In this document: positions 34,846 to 43,952 of the stretch, one piece after another
Layout of the letters: the number at the start of each line of letters is the position of its first letter
Numbering within the stretch: position 1 is the stretch's first letter
Source: Candidatus Hermodarchaeota archaeon
Lineage (GTDB): Archaea > Asgardarchaeota > Hermodarchaeia > Hermodarchaeales > Hermodarchaeaceae
Assembly: GCA_016840065.1 (NCBI GenBank)
Contig: JAEOTB010000066.1
Coordinates: forward strand, 1-44,135
Length of the DNA stretch: 44,135 nt
Reading direction: 5' to 3'
Notes under the pieces: generated by a model
Told to the model about the DNA's origin: nothing
The model's database searches: none
Seen by the model: only the letters and a program-made list of their open reading frames with translations
Position numbers and translations under genes: made by a program

Positions 34846-36402
34846 ATGTCTGGCTCACTAGAAACCCTGGGTAAGATGTTGTATGGAAAGTATGTGCGCA
34901 AATTCCTTTGGGGACTTGAGAACCCCCAAGAAGCACAGGAAGAATGCCTGAGACGACTCCTGACGCGGAACCAAGGCACAGTCTATGGGCGACGGCATAA
35001 ATTCAGTAAGATTAGTTCCCCTGAAGCCTACCAAGAACAGGTTCCTTTGGCCACATTTGATGATCTAAAACCATACTTTGAATCGATAAGTCAGGGCGCC
35101 GAGAACGTGATGTACCCAGATAAAACCTACTGCTTCATGATCACTAGTGGAACATCCGGCGACCAGAAGTATGTCCCCATCTCAAAATACGGACTCAAGG
35201 AATTCAGGGACATCAACAAGATAGCCATTGCCAGGATATTTACTATTGCAGATAGGCGTTATTACAATGGGCATACATTCAATTTCTCCGCACCCTATGT
35301 GCTTCCTGAATACAAATACGGGAAATACGACGTTGGGTATCTAACCGGGCTTACGTGTGCCAAGGAAACAGGGCAGGACAGCGCAATCTCATCACAAGGG
35401 AGGATGTGGCCCAGCGATGAAGTCCTCAACATGACCGATTGGGTGGAGAAGAGCTACCGCATGGCGCTCGAAATCATCCCTTTGGATATCGTAGCTGTGC
35501 ATGGTCTACCCAGTAACCTCTGCACTTTCTTCCGTAACCTAGTCGATGACATCACGCCACAATTGCTGAGTGATTCCCAGATTTCCTCCAAGATAAAAGA
35601 CCGTGTAAGGAGTTCAATGCATCGAGGGAAACTAGACTTGGGGAAACTGTGGCCAAATATGGACATAGTTGTATATGGCGGCATTCATATCGACCCCTAT
35701 CTTCCCTTCCTGGAAAGCTACTTCGCCCCAATAACACCAGTGGCGCTCTACATGGCAACCGAAGGATACATTGGTCTGGAGTGGTATCTGGGCGAAGGAT
35801 TAAGTCCCGTCCTCAATCGCACCTTTCTCGAGTTCATTCCCGCTGATGAACCTGATGCCCGACCTCACCTCGTGTCGGAGCTCAAAACAGGTAAAATCTA
35901 TTCCCCAGTCATGACAACTCCAACAGGCTTCTACCGATACGAGGTAGGCGACCACATCGTCTTTACAAAACTTGATCCCCTACTTTTCAAGATCATTGGT
36001 CGGGCGAAGACCGTAGCGAGTCTTGTGGGTGAACGGCTCCAGGAGTCGCAGCTGAATGATTCGATTATAGCAGCGTGTAAGGCAACTGGGGCAACCATTC
36101 ATTCTTTCATGGCGGTTCCAATGGTCACCCGTGAGCGAACAGCCTATGACATATTTATCGAGTTCCGAAGAGAGCCCAAAGACCTCGCTGAGTTCGAAGC
36201 ACGTTTTGACGAAGAACTACGGAAACTAAATCACAGCTACAACTATGAACGAAAAGCAGGAGTAATCCATCATGCAAGGTTCATCAAATTACCTCCCAAG
36301 ACCCTCGAGAAGATACCCTTTGAAAGAACCGGAGTAGGCGGAGCAGGGAAGATTCCCGTCATAGGGACTCCAGAGCTTGCCGAGAAACTCCGAAACCTCT
36401 AG
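34846..36402 (+). CDS. GH3-family acyl-adenylate-forming acyl-amido synthetase (1)
   Basis: Motif I TSGTSG, motif II YMATEG, motif III YRYEVGD; N-terminal RNQGTVYGRRH...VPL. Confidence 0.92.
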   Translation: MSGSLETLGKMLYGKYVRKFLWGLENPQEAQEECLRRLLTRNQGTVYGRRHKFSKISSPEAYQEQVPLATFDDLKPYFESISQGAENVMYPDKTYCFMITSGTSGDQKYVPISKYGLKEFRDINKIAIARIFTIADRRYYNGHTFNFSAPYVLPEYKYGKYDVGYLTGLTCAKETGQDSAISSQGRMWPSDEVLNMTDWVEKSYRMALEIIPLDIVAVHGLPSNLCTFFRNLVDDITPQLLSDSQISSKIKDRVRSSMHRGKLDLGKLWPNMDIVVYGGIHIDPYLPFLESYFAPITPVALYMATEGYIGLEWYLGEGLSPVLNRTFLEFIPADEPDARPHLVSELKTGKIYSPVMTTPTGFYRYEVGDHIVFTKLDPLLFKIIGRAKTVASLVGERLQESQLNDSIIAACKATGATIHSFMAVPMVTRERTAYDIFIEFRREPKDLAEFEARFDEELRKLNHSYNYERKAGVIHHARFIKLPPKTLEKIPFERTGVGGAGKIPVIGTPELAEKLRNL

Positions 36403-36459
36403 TTACTCTTGGAATATGGTATCTTGTTTCTAATTGGGTGAAACTTTTTGTAGCCGTGT

Positions 36460-36488
36460 CCATCTTGAAGTAAAGGATAACTACATAA
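36460..36488 (+). promoter_or_regulatory. Putative promoter of GH3-2: CCATCTTGAAG motif upstream of CTACATAA
   Basis: 10/11 match to the motif at 34721, with 21 vs 20 nt to the TATA-like element. Confidence 0.4.
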
Positions 36489-36559
36489 GAGAGCATCACA
36501 TTCTTGTTTCAATTCACGATACTCAATAGCGTCACAAGAGAGTCATTGTGGGATAATTC

Positions 36560-38119
36560 ATGGTCGGTCTTCTACAAATTCTTTCGAAACTTATGTATGG
36601 TCGAAAGGTGAGAAAATTCCTACGGGGGCTTCAGAGACCCCAGGAAGCACAGGAAAACTGTCTTAGCCGAATCATGAAACGGAACCAAGGCACAGTCTAC
36701 GGGCGCCGCCACAAATTCAGCAAAATCAGTTCCCCTGAAAAATACCAAGAACAGGTTCCGCTGACCACCTACGATGACTTGAAGCCTTATTACGAAGATA
36801 TTGGTCAAGGCGCAGAGAATGTCTTGTACCCTGACCCAACCTACCAGTTCATGATTACCTCCGGTACAACTGGTCGCCAGAAGTACATTCCCCTCTCATC
36901 ATATTCCCTAGAAGAAAACAGGGACATCAACATGCTGATCATGGCTAGAATCTCATCTTTCACTAAAGGGCTCCAGGGGCTTGATAGCCATATATTCAGC
37001 TTTTCTGCTCCAGCTATCATCCCTGAATACTCATACGGAAAGTACCAATGTGGTTACCTGACAGGGATTATAGGTGCCTCCGGTGCTGCCCAAGGTGGTC
37101 TTTTCTCCCGGTTGGGCAGAATCTGGCCAAGCGATGAAGTTCTTAACATGATTGACTGGAAGGAGAAAAGCTACAGACTAGCCCTTGAAATCGTACCATT
37201 GAAGATTACTACGATGATAGGATTACCCAGCAACTTATGCTCCTTCTTCCGAACCCTAGTTCAAGACATCGCGCCCAGAATGCTGGGTGACAAAGACGTA
37301 CCATCCGAAACAAAGGATAGGCTTCGTAGAGCCATGCACAGAGGAGAACTCCACATCGGGAAACTATGGCCATATATGACCTACATAATATATGGCGGAA
37401 TTCACATTGACCCCTACATGCCCTTTTTTGATAGCTATTTCAGAGGCCTTCACCCAATTTCAGTTTATCAGGCGACTGAAGGCTATCTGGGCTTTGAATG
37501 GAATTTTGGTGAAGGAATCAATCTCTCGCTAAACACAGTCTTTTTCGAGTTCATCCCCGCTGATGAACCAGAAGCGCGACCTAGGCTCATATCTGAGGTC
37601 AGAAAGGGTGTTGTCTACCGTCCGATAATAACCACCTCAGGAGGCTTCTACCGTTATGACCTTGGGGATCACATTGTCTTCACCAAACTGAATCCTCCCA
37701 CAATGAGAATTGTTGGACGAGCAGGTACTGTTGCTAGCCTCGTTGGTGAGCGACTCCAGGAGGAGCAACTAGTTAATGCGCTAAGGAGTGCCTGCACCAT
37801 GACAGGTGCAACCATCAGTGCGTTCATGGCCGTTCCAATTGTGACCTTGGAGAGAACAGCCTACGACATATACGTCGAGTTCACAGAGGAACCCAGAGAC
37901 CTTGTAAGGTTTGAAGCAGTCTTCGACGAAGAGCTCCGCAAACTTAACCACAGCTATAATTATGAGCGGAGAGCCGAAGTGATTGCTCCTGCCCGGATCA
38001 TACAGCTGACCCCTAGAACCCTTGAGAAAATTCCCTTTGCAAAACATGGGGTCGGAGGAGCGGGTAAGGTTCCAGCAATAGGAACCCCAGAACTCGTACA
38101 GCAGTTGAAGCTCCCCTAA
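36560..38119 (+). CDS. GH3-family acyl-amido synthetase (2), tandem paralogue
   Basis: TSGTTG, YQATEG, YRYDLGD; highly similar to GH3-1. Confidence 0.92.
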   Translation: MVGLLQILSKLMYGRKVRKFLRGLQRPQEAQENCLSRIMKRNQGTVYGRRHKFSKISSPEKYQEQVPLTTYDDLKPYYEDIGQGAENVLYPDPTYQFMITSGTTGRQKYIPLSSYSLEENRDINMLIMARISSFTKGLQGLDSHIFSFSAPAIIPEYSYGKYQCGYLTGIIGASGAAQGGLFSRLGRIWPSDEVLNMIDWKEKSYRLALEIVPLKITTMIGLPSNLCSFFRTLVQDIAPRMLGDKDVPSETKDRLRRAMHRGELHIGKLWPYMTYIIYGGIHIDPYMPFFDSYFRGLHPISVYQATEGYLGFEWNFGEGINLSLNTVFFEFIPADEPEARPRLISEVRKGVVYRPIITTSGGFYRYDLGDHIVFTKLNPPTMRIVGRAGTVASLVGERLQEEQLVNALRSACTMTGATISAFMAVPIVTLERTAYDIYVEFTEEPRDLVRFEAVFDEELRKLNHSYNYERRAEVIAPARIIQLTPRTLEKIPFAKHGVGGAGKVPAIGTPELVQQLKLP

Positions 38120-38214
38120 ATCCCTAAGACTCAGTTTTTTAGTGTCTAGCAAATGATTTAACGAAGAGCAGAGAACAGGCATAGTCTACAGAATCTTTCC
38201 AAAAGGCGCTGGAC

Positions 38215-39693
38215 TTGACTGAACTAGATATCGTTTTCATCCATCCGCCTATCCGCTTCCAGAGGAAATGGACCAGGTTCAAGCACTCAGAGATTCTCCA
38301 AATCCCAATGGGCATGCCGGCCTTAGCAGACCTTTGCCTTCAGCAAGGCTACAAAACCAGAATACTCGACATCCCCTTGGAGCTCAACCTCGACGTCAAG
38401 TGGAATCCTAACAACTACCTGAGGAACCATCCAGCTAAGGTCTACGCCATTGACTTACACTGGTTCGCAACCTCCTACGGAGCAATACAAACCGCTAAAC
38501 TATGTAAAGCATCCAACCCCCAAGCAAGGGTAATCCTTGGTGGCAGCACAGCTACGGTATATGCCCATGAGATTCTTGAAACCCATAAGGTCGTAGATGC
38601 CATTATACGAGGGGAAGCAGAAGAGCCCATAATCAAGTATCTTCAAACCATCGAAGGGAACCCTGGTAAACTCCGAAGAGTCCCCAACCTCAGCTTCCGT
38701 GAAAGAGGTGGCAAGGTCAGGGAGAACCCAATAACCTATGTCGCAAGGGAAGAGGACATCAACAGGCTCAACTTCACAAACCTCACAATGATGGAACACT
38801 ACAAGGAATACCTTAGTTTCCTGGAGCGATACATGCCCTTCGGAATTATGGTCGCCAGGGGCTGCCCATTCAACTGTCCTTTCTGCACCGGAGGTCGCGA
38901 CTCCCTTGCCCATTACTGGAAACGTCAGAAAACTACTCTACGAGACCCAGCCCTCATCGCAGAGGATATCGCACACCTTGCGGAAAACAAACTCACCAAG
39001 GAGATCTACTTTGGTCACGGCATCTACCCCTCAACCCAGAAGTACTGGCTCAGCATATTCAAGGAGGTTCGAGACAGGGGAGCCGACATTGGAGCTCACC
39101 ACGAGGTCTGGCGACTCCCCGTTTCACCCCAAGTTCTCAAAGCCTACAAGAGGACCTTCAATCCTTCCTGCACATCAATCGGCTACTCTCTCCAAGCTGC
39201 CACTCCAAAAGTGCGTCGTAGCCTTGGTAAAGCTCTCAATGATCCCACGCATAACTTCACCAAGGCCCAAATGGATGGTTTCCTCAAGACCTGCAATGAC
39301 CTTCGAATGCCATTACGCCTTTGGCTCACCTTCGGGAGCCCTTTCCAAGGCTTCACCGACATGTTCCACACTCTCTGGTTACTCGCTACACAGGCACGCT
39401 TCAGGCTAGCATGGCGCAACTGCACCCAACTTCTTGCCCAGCCAATAACACCAAGTCCAGGGTCACCCGTTTCCCGAGATCCCGAGAAGTTTGGGGTCAA
39501 GCTCAAGCTCCATTCCTTCGCGGATTACTACAAACTACACAAGAAGACCCTCAACAGGTTCTTCAGTCTTGACTTCCCCATAGCCTACCAGACGAAGCGG
39601 CTTTCTAGCGCCCAGCAGCGACTCTGGAACACCCTTGCCAGTATGTTGGCACTTCCCACTCATTTTCTCAATTTTTATCCCGAGAAAAATTAA
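38215..39693 (+). CDS. Cobalamin-binding radical SAM protein
   Basis: N-terminal B12-binding domain (IPMG...LA; ARVILGG...AT; VDAIIRGEAE) and ARGCPFNCPFC (CxxxCxxC). Confidence 0.92.
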   Translation: MTELDIVFIHPPIRFQRKWTRFKHSEILQIPMGMPALADLCLQQGYKTRILDIPLELNLDVKWNPNNYLRNHPAKVYAIDLHWFATSYGAIQTAKLCKASNPQARVILGGSTATVYAHEILETHKVVDAIIRGEAEEPIIKYLQTIEGNPGKLRRVPNLSFRERGGKVRENPITYVAREEDINRLNFTNLTMMEHYKEYLSFLERYMPFGIMVARGCPFNCPFCTGGRDSLAHYWKRQKTTLRDPALIAEDIAHLAENKLTKEIYFGHGIYPSTQKYWLSIFKEVRDRGADIGAHHEVWRLPVSPQVLKAYKRTFNPSCTSIGYSLQAATPKVRRSLGKALNDPTHNFTKAQMDGFLKTCNDLRMPLRLWLTFGSPFQGFTDMFHTLWLLATQARFRLAWRNCTQLLAQPITPSPGSPVSRDPEKFGVKLKLHSFADYYKLHKKTLNRFFSLDFPIAYQTKRLSSAQQRLWNTLASMLALPTHFLNFYPEKN

Positions 39694-39867
39694 CTCCCAA
39701 TATTCTACCTGCTCGAGTCTTTCTATGTGTAGATTATAAAAAGTATGTATCTCGGTTCGACCCACAGCGGTGGCACGCTAGCGCGAATCAACATTGATAG
39801 AATTAACGATGCCCAACAACGACAGAGCCTAACGCGTGATAGAAAAGCTCGAATTCTCTGATCAACA

Positions 39868-40317
39868 TCACGCAGTGCTTGCTTTATCCCGAAGCCTATC
39901 GAGTACTCCTTCGATGTATTCCTTATGTACACGCATTAAGCACTGGTCACATGTATCATCGAAGACCAGGCAAAGATCACTACAATTCCCAGGGTCGCTG
40001 CATTGGAGGTCGCCCCAGTCTCTCTCCCTAAGATACCGTTCAAGTTCGGGTACGGCACGGGTTTCATCGATACTCCGCCACGCACTCACCACCCAGTAGA
40101 CATCCTCTGATGCCCAGAACATCTTCACCATTGTTTCAAAGACTCGAGGGTGTTCTGTTCTGATAAACGCGTCTAGCAGCCTTTTCAGGTTATAGGCTGA
40201 TAGGTTTCCCTTCAGGAGTACCTCAATGGCAGCTACGACGCTCTGGTCACCCCCCTCCTCTAAGCTTTGAATTAGACCCTCAACACGCGTATCGTCCGAT
40301 TCAGCCGGCTTGCCCAT
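39868..40317 (-). CDS. Hypothetical HEAT-repeat-like protein with a Cys cluster
   Basis: Helical repeats (VVSAWRSIDETRAVPELERYL); C-x5-C-x3-C-x6-C-x2-C. Confidence 0.6.
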   Translation of the reverse strand: MGKPAESDDTRVEGLIQSLEEGGDQSVVAAIEVLLKGNLSAYNLKRLLDAFIRTEHPRVFETMVKMFWASEDVYWVVSAWRSIDETRAVPELERYLRERDWGDLQCSDPGNCSDLCLVFDDTCDQCLMRVHKEYIEGVLDRLRDKASTA

Positions 40318-40543
40318 ACCTGTCCTTCACACACGGTCTTTTTAACTTTTCACGGTCTCGACGATCTGATAGGCATATCTCAACCTTGACAATGGAATAC
40401 TTAGTTATCCAGATTATGAAATAACGATTGTATTCTGCCAAATATTGTCACAATAACAAAAAATTGAGTTGTCTTCAAACGTTTATAAGCTATTAGCGTA
40501 GACTGATGTTCTTGTATACAAATTCCTGGGATACTGTGAAGAA

Positions 40544-41137
40544 GTGATGTCGATGAACTTGATTGTGGATGTGAGAAGTAGAGAGGAATACTATAGAAGT
40601 CATGTGAAAGGCGCATTGAACATTCCCCTGTTCGATTTGGAGTATTACATTGCCTTCTTGAAAGATAAGGACGTTTTATTTTACTGCAACAGTGGGCACA
40701 GGTCGAAATTGGCTGTTGAATACGTCACCAAGAAAGGGATTAAAGCCACTATGATTCCAACAGAAGAACTTGCTAAATACGAGAAAGAGGGGAAGCCAAT
40801 AATATGCGCCTTAAATTATCTCTCGGTGAAGCCCGGATGTGAAGCGGAGTTCGAAGAAATGGTTAAAGAGCTGTGCCATGTAACCAATGGAATGAAAGGC
40901 TTTCTCGGGTCAAAAATATTTAAGATCTCAACAATTTCCTATGGGGGAACTGGACTTCAAGGAGCATACGAGGATATCGATGTCAGGCCAAGCAAATATG
41001 TGATGTTGACCTACTGGACAAGCAAAGAAGCCCATGAGGAATTCCATAAGGAAAAGGAGATTCTCAAAGGATTCATGGATATGATGAAATACGTCTCGAT
41101 AATGCCCTACGAAGAATATGGCGAAATCATGAGATAG
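40544..41137 (+). CDS. Rhodanese domain fused to an ABM/sulfur-oxygenase-reductase-like domain
   Basis: IVDVRSREEY...HVKGALNIP...FYCNSGHRS (rhodanese with active Cys); then LCHVT...GFLG...YGG...TYW...HEEFH...PYE. Confidence 0.85.
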   Translation: MMSMNLIVDVRSREEYYRSHVKGALNIPLFDLEYYIAFLKDKDVLFYCNSGHRSKLAVEYVTKKGIKATMIPTEELAKYEKEGKPIICALNYLSVKPGCEAEFEEMVKELCHVTNGMKGFLGSKIFKISTISYGGTGLQGAYEDIDVRPSKYVMLTYWTSKEAHEEFHKEKEILKGFMDMMKYVSIMPYEEYGEIMR

Positions 41138-41326
41138 CTAGAACCCTTCACTTCTTTGTCCTGAGGAATTGAATCATTGTTTTAGATTCATATGCGATTG
41201 GGGAACTGAATGCTTGCAACTAGGGGCAAAAAGCATGGTGGAGGCCAGTGAACAAGAAACCCTCGCAAAAATCCAGACCTCCTACACAATTACAATTATA
41301 AGCCCTGGCTTGGGTTCGCTGGGGTT

Positions 41327-43138
41327 ATGAGTTCTCGCGGAGATCAGGTCGCTCCCGGATCCTTCGGGTCTGTCGTGAAGCGTCTCAAGGAAGGTGTCAC
41401 AACATGTATGACCGAGCACAAAACCTCCGCTCTGGCCATTAGCGTTGTGACCAAGGAGCAGATAGTGTATCAGGCAGCCTTCGGACACCTGGACCGAGAA
41501 CATAAGCAAAAGGTAGACCACGATACGCTGTTTTCTATCCAGTCAACCAGCAAGCTCATCACGGCCCTAGCCTTCATGATGGCAGTACAGGATGGAGTGG
41601 TGAGCCTCGATGACAAGTTGGTAGATTACTATCCCGAATTCAAAGTGCGGAGCCAGTGGGGGGACTCGGAGGGTGACAGGATTACGTTCCGGCAGCTACT
41701 CTCTCATCAGTCGGGCTTGCCGCAATTCACGAGGGTTGGTGGTTGTTTTGATGACAGCCCTCACACCTTTGAAGAGCGAGTAGAGAGCGTGGTGGGGACT
41801 TGGCTGCAGGCGCCGGTCGGGCAACGTTTCAACTACTCCAATATTGGTTTTGACCTAGTTGCCTACACCCTGCAGCGAATCACGGGAAAGCCCTTCCCGG
41901 ACTACGTTAGGGAGAAACTGGCAAACCCATTGGGAATGACCTCGCTTTCTTATGGGCACGGCGAAGTCGCAAAGAACCCCAATCATGTAATCGGATACGA
42001 GTACGGCGCATTACCAGTGGAGTTTAATTATGCCTTGGGTTACGGGTGTGGCGTAGCCTGGCTCAGTATCACAGACCTCACCAAGCTAGTCCAGTTTCTG
42101 GTTAACCACGGAAACCATCAGGAAACACAACTAATTCAACCAGAACTACTAGACGAGATGCTCACCAGACAAATCAAAGGCACGGAAGGATACTCATATG
42201 GCTTAGGCGTGTTCATCCGGGGCATTGATGTCAGAGCCGTAAAACACGACGGTGGGGGCTATGGATACAGCGGCAGCCTCCAATGGCTACCAGACCACGG
42301 TATTGGAGTCGTCGTGGAAACAAATAACGAAGCTCACTTCCCCTGCGCGACCAGCCAAGCAGACAAGGCGCTGGACCTGATGCTCGAAGCCGTCGGCGTT
42401 GAACGCCAAGAATATTCACCCGAGACCTTGGTTACTCGACCCGCTGTGTCGATCGAACCCGTTCGGCTCCAACGCCTAGAAGGAATGTACTCAGGGATAA
42501 TAGGTATTATCAATATCAAACTCCGTGATAGCAAGCTCTTCGCATACCTTGGCTCAAGCGAGTTCGAACTCACTCCCCATAGCGAAACTCAGTTCACTGG
42601 GAAGTTCCCACCAGCACTCAAGTTCACCTTCTGCACGAGAGGCAACAAACACCCCGCAAAACTAACAATCTTTCGCCAAGGGAGTGGACTAGAGGACCTA
42701 CTCTATCTTCAGCCGCTCCCCAAGGATGAACCGCAAGGACCCAACAAGCCCCATTGGAAGCAATACGTCGGACTCTACAGGATGTTCTATTACGGGTCAC
42801 AGCCGAGTCACTTGGGAGTCGCTATCAAGGACGGGCATCTGGTGCTCAAATCCTTCGCAGGAGTGACAAAACTCCAAGAGCACGAAAGCCTCTCCGGAGT
42901 CTTCTTCACACCCAATGGAGGATCAGTGGTGTTCGAGGGCAACCGAATGTACAATGGGAATTGCCCGGCAGTCCGTGTTGATGATCCCGTTCAAGACTTC
43001 AGCAGGTATGCCTCGTCAGGGAAACGCCATCGGCTCCTCCAAAAATTCGTAGTAGACTTTACAGCACAGATACTCGAGTTCCTCGACCGACAAGAAGAAG
43101 CAGAAGCACTAAGAGCCGTCAAATCACAATGGAACTGA
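41327..43138 (+). CDS. Serine hydrolase, beta-lactamase/PBP class C (S12)-like, with C-terminal extra domains
   Basis: SxxK (STSK), LLSHQSG, YxN (YSN), HxG (HDGG); no signal peptide. Confidence 0.9.
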   Translation: MSSRGDQVAPGSFGSVVKRLKEGVTTCMTEHKTSALAISVVTKEQIVYQAAFGHLDREHKQKVDHDTLFSIQSTSKLITALAFMMAVQDGVVSLDDKLVDYYPEFKVRSQWGDSEGDRITFRQLLSHQSGLPQFTRVGGCFDDSPHTFEERVESVVGTWLQAPVGQRFNYSNIGFDLVAYTLQRITGKPFPDYVREKLANPLGMTSLSYGHGEVAKNPNHVIGYEYGALPVEFNYALGYGCGVAWLSITDLTKLVQFLVNHGNHQETQLIQPELLDEMLTRQIKGTEGYSYGLGVFIRGIDVRAVKHDGGGYGYSGSLQWLPDHGIGVVVETNNEAHFPCATSQADKALDLMLEAVGVERQEYSPETLVTRPAVSIEPVRLQRLEGMYSGIIGIINIKLRDSKLFAYLGSSEFELTPHSETQFTGKFPPALKFTFCTRGNKHPAKLTIFRQGSGLEDLLYLQPLPKDEPQGPNKPHWKQYVGLYRMFYYGSQPSHLGVAIKDGHLVLKSFAGVTKLQEHESLSGVFFTPNGGSVVFEGNRMYNGNCPAVRVDDPVQDFSRYASSGKRHRLLQKFVVDFTAQILEFLDRQEEAEALRAVKSQWN

Positions 43139-43253
43139 ATCATCAGCTCCCAGGCGATAAGAGTCACGAACCAGAGCATAGACTAATAGTCCTGATTGGA
43201 AATGCACTATCCTTTAATCCAGTCCTCACACGCTTCTAGTGGGAGGCACTCTG

Positions 43254-43952
43254 ATGGTAGAAGTTGTCGAGATAGCTGATGGCGTATACGCCTTTGCGGA
43301 GTTCCTGAAAGAGAACGATATCTCTGTCTCCTGTTTCCTAGTCCAGGATGAAAAACAGGTAATCATCGAGACAGGAACCCTGAGTCTAGCAAGACCCTTC
43401 CTGAAACGAATGTCCGAACTGGGTCCTCTGGACAAGACATCTCATATCTTCGTCACTCATGAGCACCAGGACCATTTCGGTGGTTTACCCGAGTTCATCT
43501 CCGAAGCCTTCAGCGCAAAAGTCGTCGCACACAGGACAATAACTGCTCAACTAGCCTTTTCTGGTATCGTGGGGCGAAACCTGCTTGTAGAGGGAGGAGA
43601 AGCCATCAAGCTAGGGAAAAGAACCATTCACATCTACTATGCTCCTATCGAGACCAAAGGGAATATCATCTTTCTCCTTGAACCTGATGGAATCCTCTTC
43701 ACTGGTGATTACTTCGGTCAACTCACCAAGGAGACTTGGACTCCATACACACGAATGCCGACGAACGTGTTCATTCATAACATCATCGCCTTCCATCAGG
43801 CCCTCGGATACTTCCAGAAAGACTTCATCAAGTACTTCTCTCCCCTGAAGAGAAAGTCTCTACAGTTCATTGCACCCTCCCACGGATCAATGATTAAAGA
43901 GTCCATTTCAGAGATATTCGAAAAAGTGATTAAGGCAAAGCTAGAGAAATGA
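43254..43952 (+). CDS. MBL-fold metallo-protein (FprA/ODP-like, no flavodoxin domain)
   Basis: IIETG, THEHQDH, LFTGD, APSHG. GGGAGG SD before ATG at 43254. Confidence 0.85.
   Translation: MVEVVEIADGVYAFAEFLKENDISVSCFLVQDEKQVIIETGTLSLARPFLKRMSELGPLDKTSHIFVTHEHQDHFGGLPEFISEAFSAKVVAHRTITAQLAFSGIVGRNLLVEGGEAIKLGKRTIHIYYAPIETKGNIIFLLEPDGILFTGDYFGQLTKETWTPYTRMPTNVFIHNIIAFHQALGYFQKDFIKYFSPLKRKSLQFIAPSHGSMIKESISEIFEKVIKAKLEK

Noticed and set aside
34846-38119. Auxin/jasmonate conjugation or plant contamination
   Set aside because: The genes are intronless and in an archaeal context. GH3 homologues occur in prokaryotes, and the substrate cannot be inferred.
41327-43138. Beta-lactam resistance gene
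   Set aside because: The SxxK/YxN/HxG family includes many esterases and peptidases; there is no signal peptide and no evidence of specificity.
43254-43952. Flavodiiron protein FprA or a true metallo-beta-lactamase
   Set aside because: There is no flavodoxin domain and the ligand set differs.
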